This document shows positions 47,431 through 58,431 of a DNA stretch of 64,000 nucleotides, one piece after another. How positions within the stretch are numbered: position 1 is the stretch's first letter; each line of letters begins with the position of its first letter. This DNA comes from Gammaproteobacteria bacterium (GTDB taxonomy: Bacteria; Pseudomonadota; Gammaproteobacteria; Ga0077536). The stretch covers positions 1,632,001 to 1,696,000 of the forward strand of contig CAXXLL010000002.1 of the NCBI GenBank assembly GCA_963662545.2, read 5' to 3'. A program made the translations under genes and the position numbers. Below the pieces are notes generated by a model. That model saw nothing but the letters and a program-made list of their open reading frames with translations. It was not told the origin of the DNA and searched no databases.

Positions 47431-48258
47431 ATGAATTACGAAGGACAGGTTTGCATCATCACCGGCGGCGCCTCCGGTATCGGGCGCGCACTGGCAGCGG
47501 AACTCTGCAGGCGCGGCGCTACTGTCGTGCTGAGTGACATCGACGGTACGACGGCTGATGCGGCCGCATCAGAGCTTCGCTCGGCGGGCGCACGGGCAGA
47601 ATCGGCGGAAGTCGATGTCACCGATGCCGCAGCCGTGGGCGGCCTGGTGGAGAACGCAATTGAGAAGCACGGGCGGCTCGACCTCATGTTCAATAACGCC
47701 GGCATCGCAGTCACCGGCGATGCGCGCGATCTAAGCCTTGAACACTGGCGTCGCGTTATCGACGTCAACCTCATGGGCGTCGTCTATGGCTCGGACGCGG
47801 CCTACAAGGTCATGGCACGGCAAGGGCACGGCCATATCGTCAACATCGCCTCGCTTGCCGGCCTGACGCCATTCCCAACCAACGTACCCTATAGCACGAC
47901 CAAGCATGCTGTCGTCGGACTTTCGATGTCCCTGCGCGCGGAGGGAGAGGCACTGGGGGTGGGCGTCAGCGCGGTGTGCCCCGGATTCATCGATTCCAAC
48001 ATCTATACCGCGAGCGAAGCGGTTAACGTGCCGCAGGAAATGCTGCTCGATCAGATTCCGTTCAAGAAGGTCCCGGCCGATGACGCGGCCCGCAAGATCC
48101 TCGATGGCGTGGCGCGCAACAAACCCATCATCGTGTTTCCATGGTATGCCCACCTGATCTGGTGGCTGTACCGGCTGAGTCCGCGCACGGCCGCGCCATT
48201 GGGCCGGCAGGCGATCCGGGATCTGCGCAAGATTCGGCAAAGCGCGGACGAGGCCTGA
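47431..48258 (+). CDS. SDR-family oxidoreductase
   Basis: TGGASGIG, NNAG, YSTTK and VCPG motifs. Confidence 0.92.
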   Translation: MNYEGQVCIITGGASGIGRALAAELCRRGATVVLSDIDGTTADAAASELRSAGARAESAEVDVTDAAAVGGLVENAIEKHGRLDLMFNNAGIAVTGDARDLSLEHWRRVIDVNLMGVVYGSDAAYKVMARQGHGHIVNIASLAGLTPFPTNVPYSTTKHAVVGLSMSLRAEGEALGVGVSAVCPGFIDSNIYTASEAVNVPQEMLLDQIPFKKVPADDAARKILDGVARNKPIIVFPWYAHLIWWLYRLSPRTAAPLGRQAIRDLRKIRQSADEA

Positions 48259-48276
48259 GGCCCGCGGAACGGCGCT

Positions 48277-48720
48277 GTGATCGACAGGGCCATTATAGGA
48301 TTCCGCACCAAGCCTTTTGCGGCCGAGGTTGAAAAGGGCCGCCTGCGGCTGTTTGCGAAGGCCATCGGCGAAACGGATCCCATTTATTTCGACGAAGCGG
48401 CGGCACGGGCGGCGGGCTTCCGCTCGCTGCCCGTCCCCCTGACCTTTCTTTTCTGCCTCGAGATGGAGCGCCCCGATCCCTACGACTGGTTCGATCAACT
48501 GGGGATCCCCCTGGGTCGCGCGCTGCACGGTGAGCAGTCCTTCGAATACCACAATGGCACTTGTGCCGGCGACGTCCTCACGTTCGAATCAGAGATCATC
48601 GATATTTACGATAAGCGCGGCGGTGCGCTCGAGTTCCTGGTGCAAGAAAACCACATCACCGATCAGCGCGGCGACCGCGTCGCAAAGTTCACGCGCACCC
48701 TTGTCATACGGCATGACTGA
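48277..48720 (+). CDS. MaoC-family dehydratase, N-terminal-type subunit
   Basis: FAKAIGETDPIY and LHGEQSFEY motifs. Confidence 0.88.
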   Translation: MIDRAIIGFRTKPFAAEVEKGRLRLFAKAIGETDPIYFDEAAARAAGFRSLPVPLTFLFCLEMERPDPYDWFDQLGIPLGRALHGEQSFEYHNGTCAGDVLTFESEIIDIYDKRGGALEFLVQENHITDQRGDRVAKFTRTLVIRHD

Positions 48721-48732
48721 ACCCAGCGATCC

Positions 48733-49155
48733 ATGATGCAGCTGCCCGACTATGAGGCGATCGAGGTCGGCGACGAGCTGCGGCCGCTGAGCCTGCCGCC
48801 GATCACCCGGCAGGCGCTCGCCGTGTACTGCGGTGCTTCCGGCGACCACAATCCGATCCATGTGGACATCGATTTCGCGCGTGAATCCGGGCTCGACGAC
48901 GTCATTGCGCACGGCATGCTCGTGATGGCCTATATGGGTCGCATGCTCACGCAGTGGGTGCCGCAGAGCGCGGTTCGCCAGTTCGACACTCGTTTCCTTG
49001 CGATGACGCGCGTGGGTGACCGCATTACGGCCAGCGGCCGGGTGGCGGAGAAATATACGGATGGCGATAAACGCTACGTTCGCGTCGAGATCGTCGCGAG
49101 CGATCAGACGGGCGAGGCGAAAACTTCCGGCTCTGCAGTCATAGCGTTGGCGTGA
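48733..49155 (+). CDS. MaoC-family dehydratase, catalytic subunit
   Basis: ASGDHNPIH and IAHGM hydratase motifs. Confidence 0.92.
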   Translation: MMQLPDYEAIEVGDELRPLSLPPITRQALAVYCGASGDHNPIHVDIDFARESGLDDVIAHGMLVMAYMGRMLTQWVPQSAVRQFDTRFLAMTRVGDRITASGRVAEKYTDGDKRYVRVEIVASDQTGEAKTSGSAVIALA

Positions 49156-49832
49156 AGCTGGGAAGGGGGCACGTACCGTCCCTCCGGGACCGTCGCATTG
49201 CGGACGCACTGTTTCTGATCCAGATAGTGGGTGCGACAACGTTTGGCGCGGCCCAGTTTCGGGTCATGCAATCGACCGTTGAGGGCGTCAACACTTCGTG
49301 GTTCGCGTTCTGGCTGGCCTTTCTGGTACTCAATCTTGTGCTCGCGATCAACGCGCACCGAACGGCGCCGAGCCGAGTTTCCCGCCAGACCGTCGTCATC
49401 TACGTGGTCTGGACGGCGGTCATCTCGGTAGATCTCCTCATGCTGTTGCGCGCTTCGGGGGCAACCTGGAGTACGCTCGACACGATCACAACCGCCGCCA
49501 CCTTGGCGGGGATCGGCACGGCAATGGCAGTCGGACGCCTGCGCGGATTCGGAGTTTCCGATCCAATGATGCGGGCGACCATTGCCGTATTCTGCCGGGG
49601 CGTGCCCCAATTGACGCTGGCTTATAACGTCTGGATCGAGGGTGGCGCGGGTCTCTCGCTCGTCGGGATCGCCGCGGGCCACGTGATCATTTCGCTCCGG
49701 CTGTTCCACGTGTGGTTTTCGATCCGCGATGCCGGCTGCGATCGCAATCGACTCGGAATCGCCATCGGCGAGGCGGCGAATGAGCTAAGCTGGATCGTCG
49801 TGACCGTCGTGTGGGCCGCGGTCATGCTGTAA
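49152..49832 (+). CDS. Hypothetical membrane protein (about 7 TM)
   Basis: Multiple hydrophobic helices; GTGA overlap with the upstream gene. Confidence 0.7.
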   Translation: MKLGRGHVPSLRDRRIADALFLIQIVGATTFGAAQFRVMQSTVEGVNTSWFAFWLAFLVLNLVLAINAHRTAPSRVSRQTVVIYVVWTAVISVDLLMLLRASGATWSTLDTITTAATLAGIGTAMAVGRLRGFGVSDPMMRATIAVFCRGVPQLTLAYNVWIEGGAGLSLVGIAAGHVIISLRLFHVWFSIRDAGCDRNRLGIAIGEAANELSWIVVTVVWAAVML

Positions 49833-49863
49833 CAGTTCAGGACGGAACGAGGAGAAGGGAAAC

Positions 49864-50316
49864 GTGATCAAAATCAACGGCATGGCGCACGTTATATTGA
49901 GCGTTAGCAATTGGCCGGCCTGCCGCGCGTTCTACACAGAATTGCTGCCATTTCTCGGCATGTCGCTCGTGTTCGACGGCGAGGACATGATTTACTACGT
50001 CGGCGCGCGCACCGCGCTTGGTGTTGGCAAATGTGACAAACGGTACGAGGACGAGCACTTCGTGCAGAACGGCATCGGCCTGCACCACCTGTGCTTTCGC
50101 GCACGCAACAACGCCGATGTCGACGCGGTGCAAGAACTCCTGGTGTCGATGGACGCCACCATCGTACACGGACCCGAGGCCGGGCCCTGGGCGCCCGGGT
50201 ATTATTCTGTCCTGTTCGAAGATCCGGCCGGTACGCGGCTCGAGGTCAATCATGTGCCGGGCAAGGGCCTGTTGGCCGACGATGCCTCGTTCAACCCGGT
50301 CGATGGATACCGTTAG
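49864..50316 (+). CDS. VOC (glyoxalase/bleomycin resistance) family protein
   Basis: MAHVILSV, GLHHLCF and YYSVLFEDPAGTRLE motifs. Confidence 0.92.
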   Translation: MIKINGMAHVILSVSNWPACRAFYTELLPFLGMSLVFDGEDMIYYVGARTALGVGKCDKRYEDEHFVQNGIGLHHLCFRARNNADVDAVQELLVSMDATIVHGPEAGPWAPGYYSVLFEDPAGTRLEVNHVPGKGLLADDASFNPVDGYR

Positions 50317-50967
50317 CACGGAGACATTGCACTGGGTGATCAGATGGGACGAGAGGTCCCGGCAGAGGCGACAAATTCCTCGATGCGTGATCCATCGCAA
50401 ACAAACTCTGGCGGCTCGCGAGGCTTCACAAACCGCGGGAACGCTCGGCTTTGCCGATATCCTCGGCCTCTCAGTGTCAGACCTGACGTCCACAGCTTTC
50501 ATGGTGCTTACACTGACACTTTGGGGCCCATCGCTAGAATCATGCCCATCACCGCGCGTCGCGGCGGCCATCGCGGCCGCCAACCGGGTCAAGAAAATCG
50601 ACGGGAGCGTGGCTTCTGGCAGGTGAGTTTGCAGGTCGATTGGGTTAGGCTGGCACCTGTCAACTCCCCTATTTGACGCACCGCAGCAATTTGGTGAAAC
50701 CGGCACCACCGATACGACTTATTGGGCAACGGGCCGCCCGAAAAAAAACGGGCGATGGAATGAACGGAAATCGCCGGAAGCGGAACATACCCCTAGACTG
50801 AATTCGGGCCTTTAGCTAAGGCCTTGGATGACAGCGTCAGATGCGGTATCTTCTGCGCCGCTAGCAGAGCCTGAACGCGGGTATTGAAGGGCTCCAAGAC
50901 GAAAAGCCGCGGATCAGGTGACTTTAAAAATTTATTTTCGATATCCGATCGGAAAGGCAGGGAATAT

Positions 50968-52416
50968 ATGCATATTAGAAAGTACGATTACGAGTACAGC
51001 CGGCGCCACTTCATGGAGAAAGTGGCTAAAGGGACGGGTAGTGCCGGCGTTCTGTCGGCCTTATGGCCGTTAATGGCGCATACCGGCGACAGCTACAAGG
51101 CTTATCCCGAAGAACTGACCGACATCGAGGCCTATACCAAGGGTAAGGTCAAGGTGGGCGACGTCATCGACAAGGACAACATCGAACTGGTCCAAGATAT
51201 TATCGATCCGATGTTGTTCCAGGAAGTGACCCAGGACGGCCGTTCGTTCTTCGTTCTACCGACGCAGACCGAGACGGAAGTGCATTTCCCGCCCTATTAC
51301 CTCGATGCAACCTTGAAAAACTGGGGCCAGGCGAAGTTCGGTCCCGACGGCAACGTCTATACCCAGGACGGCAAGCCCTGGATCGGCGGCCATCCGTTCC
51401 CGGATCCGCAGGACGGTTACGAGACGATCGCCAATATCACGCTGTCCTGGGGCCGGCATGACCAGGACATGTTCGCCATCCCGACCGTGTCTCTCGATCC
51501 CGAAGGGGAGATTCAGTACAAATACGACTTCGTGTGGGCACAGCAACAGTGCACCGGCCTGGTCCATCCCAGCGCCGGCGGCAATCCCTATATTCCCGGC
51601 AAAGAGCACATGACCCGTTACCAATCGGTCTGGTTCACCTCGCCCAACGACGTCAAGGGCACGGCGTTCATGAACGAGTGGTATTACGATCAGGCCAAGT
51701 ACCCTGAACTGTTCGGCTATCTGCCGGCGTTCAAGCGCGTACGTCGATTCCCGACCAACCAGCGCTTCGAGCCGCTGGTGGCCGGTATCAACCTGTTCCT
51801 GTCCGACGCCTGGGCATCCGGCGATCCGATGCTGACCTGGGGCAACTGGAAAATCATCCACCGCGGTCCCTACCTCGGTGCCATGCACCACAACTGGGTG
51901 CCGCAGAATGAAAACTGGAAACTCCCGGTCTGTGGTGGACCGAAGGGCCAGTCCTATTTTTATGCCGGCCGTTCACTCATTCCGGAAGTCCTCGTCATCG
52001 AAGGCGAACCGACGGGCTACCCGCGTGCACCACTCAGCAAGCGTCGCATCTACCTCGACGCGCGCAACATCGAGTATCCGCAGGCCATCTCGTTCGACCG
52101 CCGCGGCGAAATCTGGAAGTCCTTCGAACCAGGTTTCGGGCAGTGCAAGACCGATCCGTCCCTGGCAGAACTTTGGAGTTCTGGGCCCGATTCATCGGGT
52201 GCAGGCATCGAGGCGTCGGTCCTGGCGTCCGACGGCCGTCCGGACTGGATGTGGAACTGGGTGATCAGCAACGACATTCAATCGAAGCGCATCACTTACT
52301 TCCACCAGGCCCATCACTGCAAGGGCGGTTGGAAGTCTGAGTATGACAAGGTGGACTCCGAAGAATTCTTGTCTTCATATATGACCACCTCGGCCATGCG
52401 TCGACTCGGAACGTAA
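50968..52416 (+). CDS. DUF1329-like exported protein with a Tat-type signal
   Basis: SRRHFM twin-arginine leader, GHPFPDP, YLPAFKRVRR and SKRRIYLD...FDRRGEIWK. Confidence 0.8.
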   Translation: MHIRKYDYEYSRRHFMEKVAKGTGSAGVLSALWPLMAHTGDSYKAYPEELTDIEAYTKGKVKVGDVIDKDNIELVQDIIDPMLFQEVTQDGRSFFVLPTQTETEVHFPPYYLDATLKNWGQAKFGPDGNVYTQDGKPWIGGHPFPDPQDGYETIANITLSWGRHDQDMFAIPTVSLDPEGEIQYKYDFVWAQQQCTGLVHPSAGGNPYIPGKEHMTRYQSVWFTSPNDVKGTAFMNEWYYDQAKYPELFGYLPAFKRVRRFPTNQRFEPLVAGINLFLSDAWASGDPMLTWGNWKIIHRGPYLGAMHHNWVPQNENWKLPVCGGPKGQSYFYAGRSLIPEVLVIEGEPTGYPRAPLSKRRIYLDARNIEYPQAISFDRRGEIWKSFEPGFGQCKTDPSLAELWSSGPDSSGAGIEASVLASDGRPDWMWNWVISNDIQSKRITYFHQAHHCKGGWKSEYDKVDSEEFLSSYMTTSAMRRLGT

Positions 52417-52438
52417 AACCCGTTCCCGACGTCAATTC

Positions 52439-52476
52439 AAAAACCGCGGATCGGGAAACCGGTCCGCGGTTTTTTT
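52439..52476 (+). terminator. Rho-independent terminator (probably bidirectional)
   Basis: AAAAACCGCGGATCGG-GAAA-CCGGTCCGCGGTTTTTTT hairpin with a U-tract. Confidence 0.9.
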
Positions 52477-52567
52477 ATGTCAAATGAATTACTGGATCGT
52501 CATGCGCGGCCTACTTTCATAGCGGTGACGGCGCGGTATGATAGCGCCCGAAAAGGGGGGGCTTATC

Positions 52568-53242
52568 GTGGCGACTGTCATCGTGACCGGCGCGGATCGC
52601 GGCATTGGTGCTGCACTCGTACGCAATTATCACCGACGCGGAGACCGTGCCATAGCCGCATGCCTGGATGACGGCCGCGATATGATCGCTGACGGCCTCG
52701 AGGTTCACACGCAGGTTGACGTCACCGACATGGGCTCGCTGCTGCGCTTACGCGATCGCCTGGGCGATACCCGCATCGATATCCTCATCAGCAACGCCGG
52801 CGCGTTCCACCCGGATAAATTCGACGATCTTGATTACGGCGCAATGCAGCGGCTTTATGACATCAATGCGCTGGGGCCCTTGCGGGTGGCGCAGGCGCTG
52901 GTGCCGCTGATGGGCGCGGGTGGGAAAATGGGCATCATCACCAGCCGGGTTGGCTCGCTTGCCGACAACAGTTCCGGCGGTATGTATGGCTACCGCATGT
53001 CGAAATGCGCCGCCAACCAGCTCGGGGTCAATCTCTATCACGAGCTCAAACCACGTCGTATAGCGGTCATGCTGTTGCATCCTGGCCAGGTCGCCACGAC
53101 CATGACGCGCGACCTCGGGGTGCCCGGCGATTTCATCACCCCGGAACAATCGGCAGCCGGCCTTGTTCGTCAGCTCGACCTACTCAACGCAGAGTCGTTG
53201 CCCGAGTTTCGTCACACTGACGGCACCTTGTTACCGTGGTAA
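52568..53242 (+). CDS. SDR-family oxidoreductase (C-factor-like)
   Basis: TGADRGIG, SNAG, YRMSK and LHPGQVAT motifs. Confidence 0.9.
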   Translation: MATVIVTGADRGIGAALVRNYHRRGDRAIAACLDDGRDMIADGLEVHTQVDVTDMGSLLRLRDRLGDTRIDILISNAGAFHPDKFDDLDYGAMQRLYDINALGPLRVAQALVPLMGAGGKMGIITSRVGSLADNSSGGMYGYRMSKCAANQLGVNLYHELKPRRIAVMLLHPGQVATTMTRDLGVPGDFITPEQSAAGLVRQLDLLNAESLPEFRHTDGTLLPW

Positions 53243-53261
53243 GAAACCGGGAGTTTCGAGC

Positions 53262-53981
53262 ATGATCAGAGTTTTCGGTCTGGCCAAAACCTGGGACTTT
53301 CCAGACGCCAGTCCCTATGTCTGCAAGCTCGTGATGTGGTTACGCCTGGCCGGCCTCGAATACGAACTGCTCTACGTGCCCTGGCCGGAAATGATCGAAC
53401 GTGCACCGCGCAAGAGCGTGCCCTGGATCGAGGACGCCGACGGTGAGGTTATTCATGACTCGCAGCGCATCATCGATCGTCTGACCGACAAGCGTGACAT
53501 CACGCTCGATGCCCACCTGTCGCCCCGCGAACGCGCCCAGATGCGTGCCTGGCAGCGCCTGCTCGAAGATCACTATTACTGGGCCGGGCTGGTGCAGATG
53601 CGCTGGGTCGAGGATCACAACTGGGCCATCTACAAAAAGGAACTGGCAGCCGAGCTCGAGTCCTCACCCGAAGTCGAACAGTTTTTTCAAGAGATTCGCG
53701 ATTATTTGGTGAATGAATTCCACGGCCATGCGGTCGGCAAGATGACCCTCGACGAAGTGCGTACCGTCGCCTGTCAAGATCTCGATGCGCTATCGGACTG
53801 GCTCGGCGATGCGGCCTATTTCATGGGTGATAGACCTACCAGCGTCGACGCCGTCCTGTACGCCTGGCTGTTACAGACCTATGCCACGCCGTGCACCTCG
53901 CCGGTGGTCGATCACGCCCGCACCCTGGGCAAGCTCGAGGCCTATTTCAATCGCCTGCATGCCGCGTTCTGGGACGCCTGA
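53262..53981 (+). CDS. Glutathione S-transferase family protein (metaxin/FAX-like)
   Basis: SPYVCKL, VPWIED, DSQRII and YFMGDRPTSVDA motifs. Confidence 0.88.
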   Translation: MIRVFGLAKTWDFPDASPYVCKLVMWLRLAGLEYELLYVPWPEMIERAPRKSVPWIEDADGEVIHDSQRIIDRLTDKRDITLDAHLSPRERAQMRAWQRLLEDHYYWAGLVQMRWVEDHNWAIYKKELAAELESSPEVEQFFQEIRDYLVNEFHGHAVGKMTLDEVRTVACQDLDALSDWLGDAAYFMGDRPTSVDAVLYAWLLQTYATPCTSPVVDHARTLGKLEAYFNRLHAAFWDA

Positions 53982-54005
53982 GACCGCGGGCGCGAGGAGG
54001 GAAGT

Positions 54006-54884
54006 ATGATCAAAATGTATGGACACGTGCCCGCCTGGGGCATCCCGGACCTCAGTCCCTATGTCACTACCATCGATCTCTACCTGCGCATGACCGGTTT
54101 GCCCTACGAGCTTGAACTCGGTGATCTCGGCATAGCGCCGTATGGCAAGCTGCCCTACATCGAAGACGGTGACACCGTCGTCGCCGATACCAGCTTCATT
54201 CTCGAACATCTCAAGAGGACCTATGGCGATCCGCTAGACGGCGGCCTCGATGAGAAAGAGGAAGCAGTGCGGCTGATGTTGTGGCGCATGATGGATGAAA
54301 GTTTCTATTGGTACCTGATCCAAGGCCGTTACCGGCGCGACGAAGATTTCGCACTCTATGATCCCTTGTGGGCGCAGTTCTTCGGTCACCTGTCTGAGAC
54401 CGAAAAAACCACCGCGATTACGGGGATCGAAAGCGGCCTATCCGCCTATTGGGCGGCGGCAACCGCTGCGGAAAACACGCTCGCGGCCTCGGGCCATGGC
54501 AGTATCGTACAGATCGCCTCGATCGCCGGCGCGCGCATGGGGATCGAATTCGCGAGTGAGGCTTACTGCGCCGCAAAAGCCGGCATCGTCGGCCTGACGC
54601 GTAAACTCGCTAAACGCCTCGGGCCGCGTGGCGTGCGGGTCAACTGCATCGCACCGGGCGTGATCAAAACGCCGCGCCTGCGTTTCTCAGGTTCGGACGA
54701 ACCCGAGTTCGCGCGCCGTACGCGCAAAGTGACGCCGCTTCAGCGCCTCGGCCGCGCCGAGGAAGTCGCCGATCTGGTGCTATTCCTGGCCTCGGATCGT
54801 TCCAGCTACATCACCGGCCAGGACATCGCCATCGACGGCGGCTTATCGGTGGCGACGATGTTCGAATCCGTGGTGTTGCCGTGA
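54006..54884 (+). pseudogene. In-frame chimera: GST N-terminal half fused to an SDR C-terminal half
   Basis: SPYV...APYGKLPYI...DTSFI (GST) up to about 54430, then GSIVQIAS, YCAAKAG, RVNCIAPG and YITGQ...DGG (SDR lacking its Rossmann TGxxxGxG motif). Confidence 0.75.
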
Positions 54885-54966
54885 GAGCGGTGGGCATTCG
54901 GCTACTCGATTCCACCACGCGCTCGACCCGATCCGATATATCGACGTTGGTCTGGAACAGCCACGT

Positions 54967-55476
54967 TCAGGAGCAGGATGCGCGATACTCCCCCGGCGTC
55001 GCGCCGAATTGATTCTTGAACAACCGTGAAAAGTGCGATTGCGACGAAAATCTGAGCCGTTGCGCAATCCCGCAAATCGGGACGCTGCCGTCCGACAGCA
55101 GCTTACGCCCGTACTCGAGCTTTTTCTCGACGACGTAGCGATGCGGCGGTACGCCCGTCAGCGTCTTGAACGCTCGGGCGAAGTGGTACGGGCTCAGGCA
55201 AGCCTCGGCGGCGAGGTCGCCTAGCGTGATCTTCTTCTCCATGTTGCACTGGATGTAGTCGAACACGCGCCGGCTGCGAGTCTTTCCCAGCGCCCCATCC
55301 GGACGTGGGAAACGGCACTGCCGCAGCGCGAGGTTCGAATAATGCCGCAACATGTGTGCGCACAAGGTGGCGCTGATCGAGTCGATCAACAGCGCCCCGG
55401 CGGGTGATTCGTCATCCATTTCCTGCAGGACGGCGCGGGCGCAAGTTCGAGCATCTTCCGCCCCATGGAGGCTGAG
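54967..55476 (-). pseudogene. AraC-family regulator, C-terminal part only
   Basis: LSPYHFARAFK and FSSQSHFSRLFK...TPGEYR HTH motifs; the frame is closed by a TGA about 19 codons upstream of the track ATG, so the sensor domain is missing. Confidence 0.7.
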
Positions 55477-55559
55477 TCACTTGCACTGGGCGCGAACGCT
55501 CCGGCTCGTCGGAGACCGCGACACTTCCGCCCGGCTGCGAAGGCCGATTGGATGAGGAG

Positions 55560-55757
55560 TCAGTCGGTCGGATGGGGCGCGGTGTCGTCTGCCGTGGTAT
55601 CGGCCGGGCGGCTGTCATCGTCCGACTCGGGTGTCGACTCAGCGGTTTCTTTCTCCGCTTTGGAGGCAAGCTTGGCCAACCGCTTCGCCTCGCGCTTCTC
55701 GGCCTTGGCCTTAGCCCTTGAATTTCGTTCGAACGCGTAGTTCGTCTTTCGCGCCAT
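55560..55757 (-). CDS. Small Lys/Ala-rich hypothetical protein
   Basis: AGGAGG RBS; MARKTNYAFER...; directly downstream of the cold-shock gene. Confidence 0.7.
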   Translation of the reverse strand: MARKTNYAFERNSRAKAKAEKREAKRLAKLASKAEKETAESTPESDDDSRPADTTADDTAPHPTD

Positions 55758-55843
55758 CCTGCACGACCTCCTGACAACGGCGAATGTAAAGGCGGCAACC
55801 GCATCGCGAGACGCGATTGCCGATCGTTAAAAAAGGAGGCGAC

Positions 55844-56053
55844 TCATTCGACCAGGCGGACGTTCTCCGCCGAAGTGCGGCCGTCACGGCCGGCGCCGAT
55901 CTCGTACTCTATTTTCTGGCCTTCCGCCAGTCCGCTAATTCCGGCTTTTTCGAGGGCGGAGATATGAATGAACACGTCCTTGCTCTTGTCTTCAGGTGCA
56001 ATAAACCCGAATCCTTTCGTCGGGTTAAACCACTTAACAGTTCCCATCGCCAT
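55844..56053 (-). CDS. cspA: Cold-shock protein (CspA family)
   Basis: GTVKWFN, KGFGFI (RNP1) and DVFIH (RNP2). Confidence 0.95.
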   Translation of the reverse strand: MAMGTVKWFNPTKGFGFIAPEDKSKDVFIHISALEKAGISGLAEGQKIEYEIGAGRDGRTSAENVRLVE

Positions 56054-56556
56054 TGTAATTTCCTCAGTTTCGGTTCGGTATTTGTAGGTTTAGTTTGTTC
56101 GCGTGCGGCGTGACCGATCAGTCATCCCAACGTTGCATCCACGATATCGGCGTCGCTATCAAAAGCCCCCGCAGCGACTGAGTCCTGAGCCCAACGGATT
56201 CGAATGTCAGCGAACTTGCTCCTGGTGGCGGAAGGGCTGTACGTGCCCACGCCGGTCCACGCATTGTGAGTCTAAAATCGGGGATAGCCTTGGAGGGGTA
56301 TGCCGCGAGTGCGGGCTGACCTGAACCGGTTTGTCAGCCAAGTTGCGCGAGCGTACACGATTCTTTTGAGAAATGCATCCTGGAATCGGGGGCTTACATT
56401 GGAACGTTCAGGAATGAAGTCGTGAAACGACGGTGCGGGACACCGGCGATGCCAGGCGTAAATGCGTCCCCGCGGAAACGCTATTTTAGTGAGAATCATT
56501 CGCATGCACTGAACGAGCCTAGGTAGGCTATTTCCGGCAGTGCTTAGGTATTACGA

Positions 56557-57450
56557 TCAGTGCCCTTGGCGCAAGTGGGCAGGCGTGAACACGATGTTAC
56601 GGATGGCCGGATTGATCCTGATGTCGGCGGTCGCGAGGACGGTACGGCGATCGCGTTTGTAATCCCGCATTACGACGCGAAATGGGACCCAGCGGTCGCT
56701 CACTTTGCGCACGTGTTGCCGCTCGACGAAGAGCACTTTGTGGAGTGAGCCGTTCGGCGCGAAGAACTCCGTCTTCACGGGCAGGCACTTTTTCTGATCG
56801 ACATAGGTCAGGATGCGTGAATAGGCGGATTTCCCGTCAACGGGAATGTTCTCGAGCACGTACACCGGGTGTCCGTCGAGGGTCACATCGTCGAGCCGCG
56901 TGGCTATACCCGTATCGACCATCTGCTGGAAATGGGTGAAATCTTCGTAGCTCAGATCCGTTCCCAACATCGAGGCCCCGAGCGTGCGCGCCCCCACCGG
57001 GCGTACCTGACGGCGCTCGGGAATGTACATGAACACGTCAGGGTTCGCGCCTTCGCGCTCGATCAATAGCACCGCCACACCCGCCCGCTCAGGCGGTGCC
57101 ACGATGCTCACGACCAGCTTCGCGCGGCCGTCTTCAAAACGTTTCCACGAAAGGTAGCCGCTCGATTCGCTGATCGCGCCGTCGTCATCGAGCATCTGGA
57201 CGTCGAGTCTCTGGGTCATGGAGTAATCGGGGACGGTGCGCGCGACGCAGGCGCGGACCTCGAGGTCTTCGATGCGAGAGGCGTCCATGGCTGATACTGT
57301 CGAGGTATCGATTACGAGGGTGAAGACGCAGACGGCTATGGCTGTACGGGCGCGGCGGTTGGTCCAGGGATTGCTGCGTTGCACAGTGACTTCCACGGTT
57401 TCGTTCGGCGGTGTGAGGATGGGTTGTGTAGCGGACGTCGTTGCTGACAT
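56557..57450 (-). CDS. Outer-membrane lipoprotein-sorting (LolA-like) protein
   Basis: MYIPERRQVR, LGTDLSYED and SAYSRI motifs; GAGGAGG RBS. Confidence 0.8.
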   Translation of the reverse strand: MSATTSATQPILTPPNETVEVTVQRSNPWTNRRARTAIAVCVFTLVIDTSTVSAMDASRIEDLEVRACVARTVPDYSMTQRLDVQMLDDDGAISESSGYLSWKRFEDGRAKLVVSIVAPPERAGVAVLLIEREGANPDVFMYIPERRQVRPVGARTLGASMLGTDLSYEDFTHFQQMVDTGIATRLDDVTLDGHPVYVLENIPVDGKSAYSRILTYVDQKKCLPVKTEFFAPNGSLHKVLFVERQHVRKVSDRWVPFRVVMRDYKRDRRTVLATADIRINPAIRNIVFTPAHLRQGH

Positions 57451-57756
57451 TGTTGTGTCCTCCTCAGTTTGTGGAAGACAGTTTCAATGGCGCGGGGCCT
57501 GCGCGATGTGGGAAATCGCACTTCTCGTGTTGAATCGATGCACCGAACGGAGTGGTCATGGTGGACGGCGGCGCTCGTGCCCTCGAAAAATAGATCGCCA
57601 ATCGCTGCCGGATGGAGGTTGAAATGGGGTGACGGGTCGGCTCTGCGGTCGCGTGGCCGACCTAGTGTGATTTCTATTATTCTTCTAAAATATTATATTA
57701 ATCATATAAATATATAATATATCTCGATTATAAGTGAGATTCGATGCGCTCGGCGT

Positions 57757-58431
57757 TTATTTGCCGAACAGGCCTTTGAATGCGTCCTTAAGCTTACCGG
57801 CCGCACCCGTGACGGCCTTAGTGGTGGCCTGCCCTGCCTTTTCGAGCTTCGACGGGGGCTTACTCGCGGTGCTATCCGCGGGCAGTTCGGCGTCGCCGCG
57901 CGCGATGGCACAGACGTCGGTATCGGCGCTGACGCGATCGAAAACACCCTCGGCCAGCAAAGACAGTCCGCCGGTTGCAATGGCTGCCCCGACTTTGAGC
58001 CCCGCCGTCGCTGCGCCCTTGGCGTCGGTGGTGGGCTTGGGGTGCGCGAGGGTTCCGCCGAGCCGCACGAATTCCGACAGGCTCGTAAGGTTCAGACCGA
58101 TGCCTTCACGCGGTTTGGGATTGACGCCGATATCGATCTTCTCGGTCTTGAAGTCCACGGCGCCGCCGCCGAGGATATTCAGCTTGGCCGTACTGATGCC
58201 GATCCCCGTCTCTGCGGACATTATCCCGCCTTTCACGGGGAAATTGACGACGGCACATTCGATCACGGTCCCGTCATCGGATTTACTGAGCGGATTGAGA
58301 ATGTCGAAGGCCTTCATGAAGAGGTCCGCGCCGGCGATGCCCGCCACCTGGTTGGATAATTCAAGGCCGGTGACGTCAATGCGGATGTGACCATTGGCGC
58401 TGCCCATGATTGCCGCCAGAGATTTGCCTTC
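57757..58431 (-). pseudogene. AsmA-family protein, C-terminal fragment
   Basis: GKSLAAIMGSANG...IECAVVNF...GGGAVDFKTEKID...VRLGGTLAHP; homology stops abruptly near 58431. Confidence 0.75.

Noticed and set aside
50320-50880. Possible gene or riboswitch upstream of the DUF1329 gene
   Set aside because: The ORFs lack an RBS and motifs; only a short hairpin (CGCCCG-A8-CGGGCG) is visible and no RNA family is recognisable.
56054-56550. Structured RNA upstream of the cold-shock gene
   Set aside because: A long 5' UTR is plausible for csp genes, but I cannot define its boundaries or a conserved fold from sequence alone.
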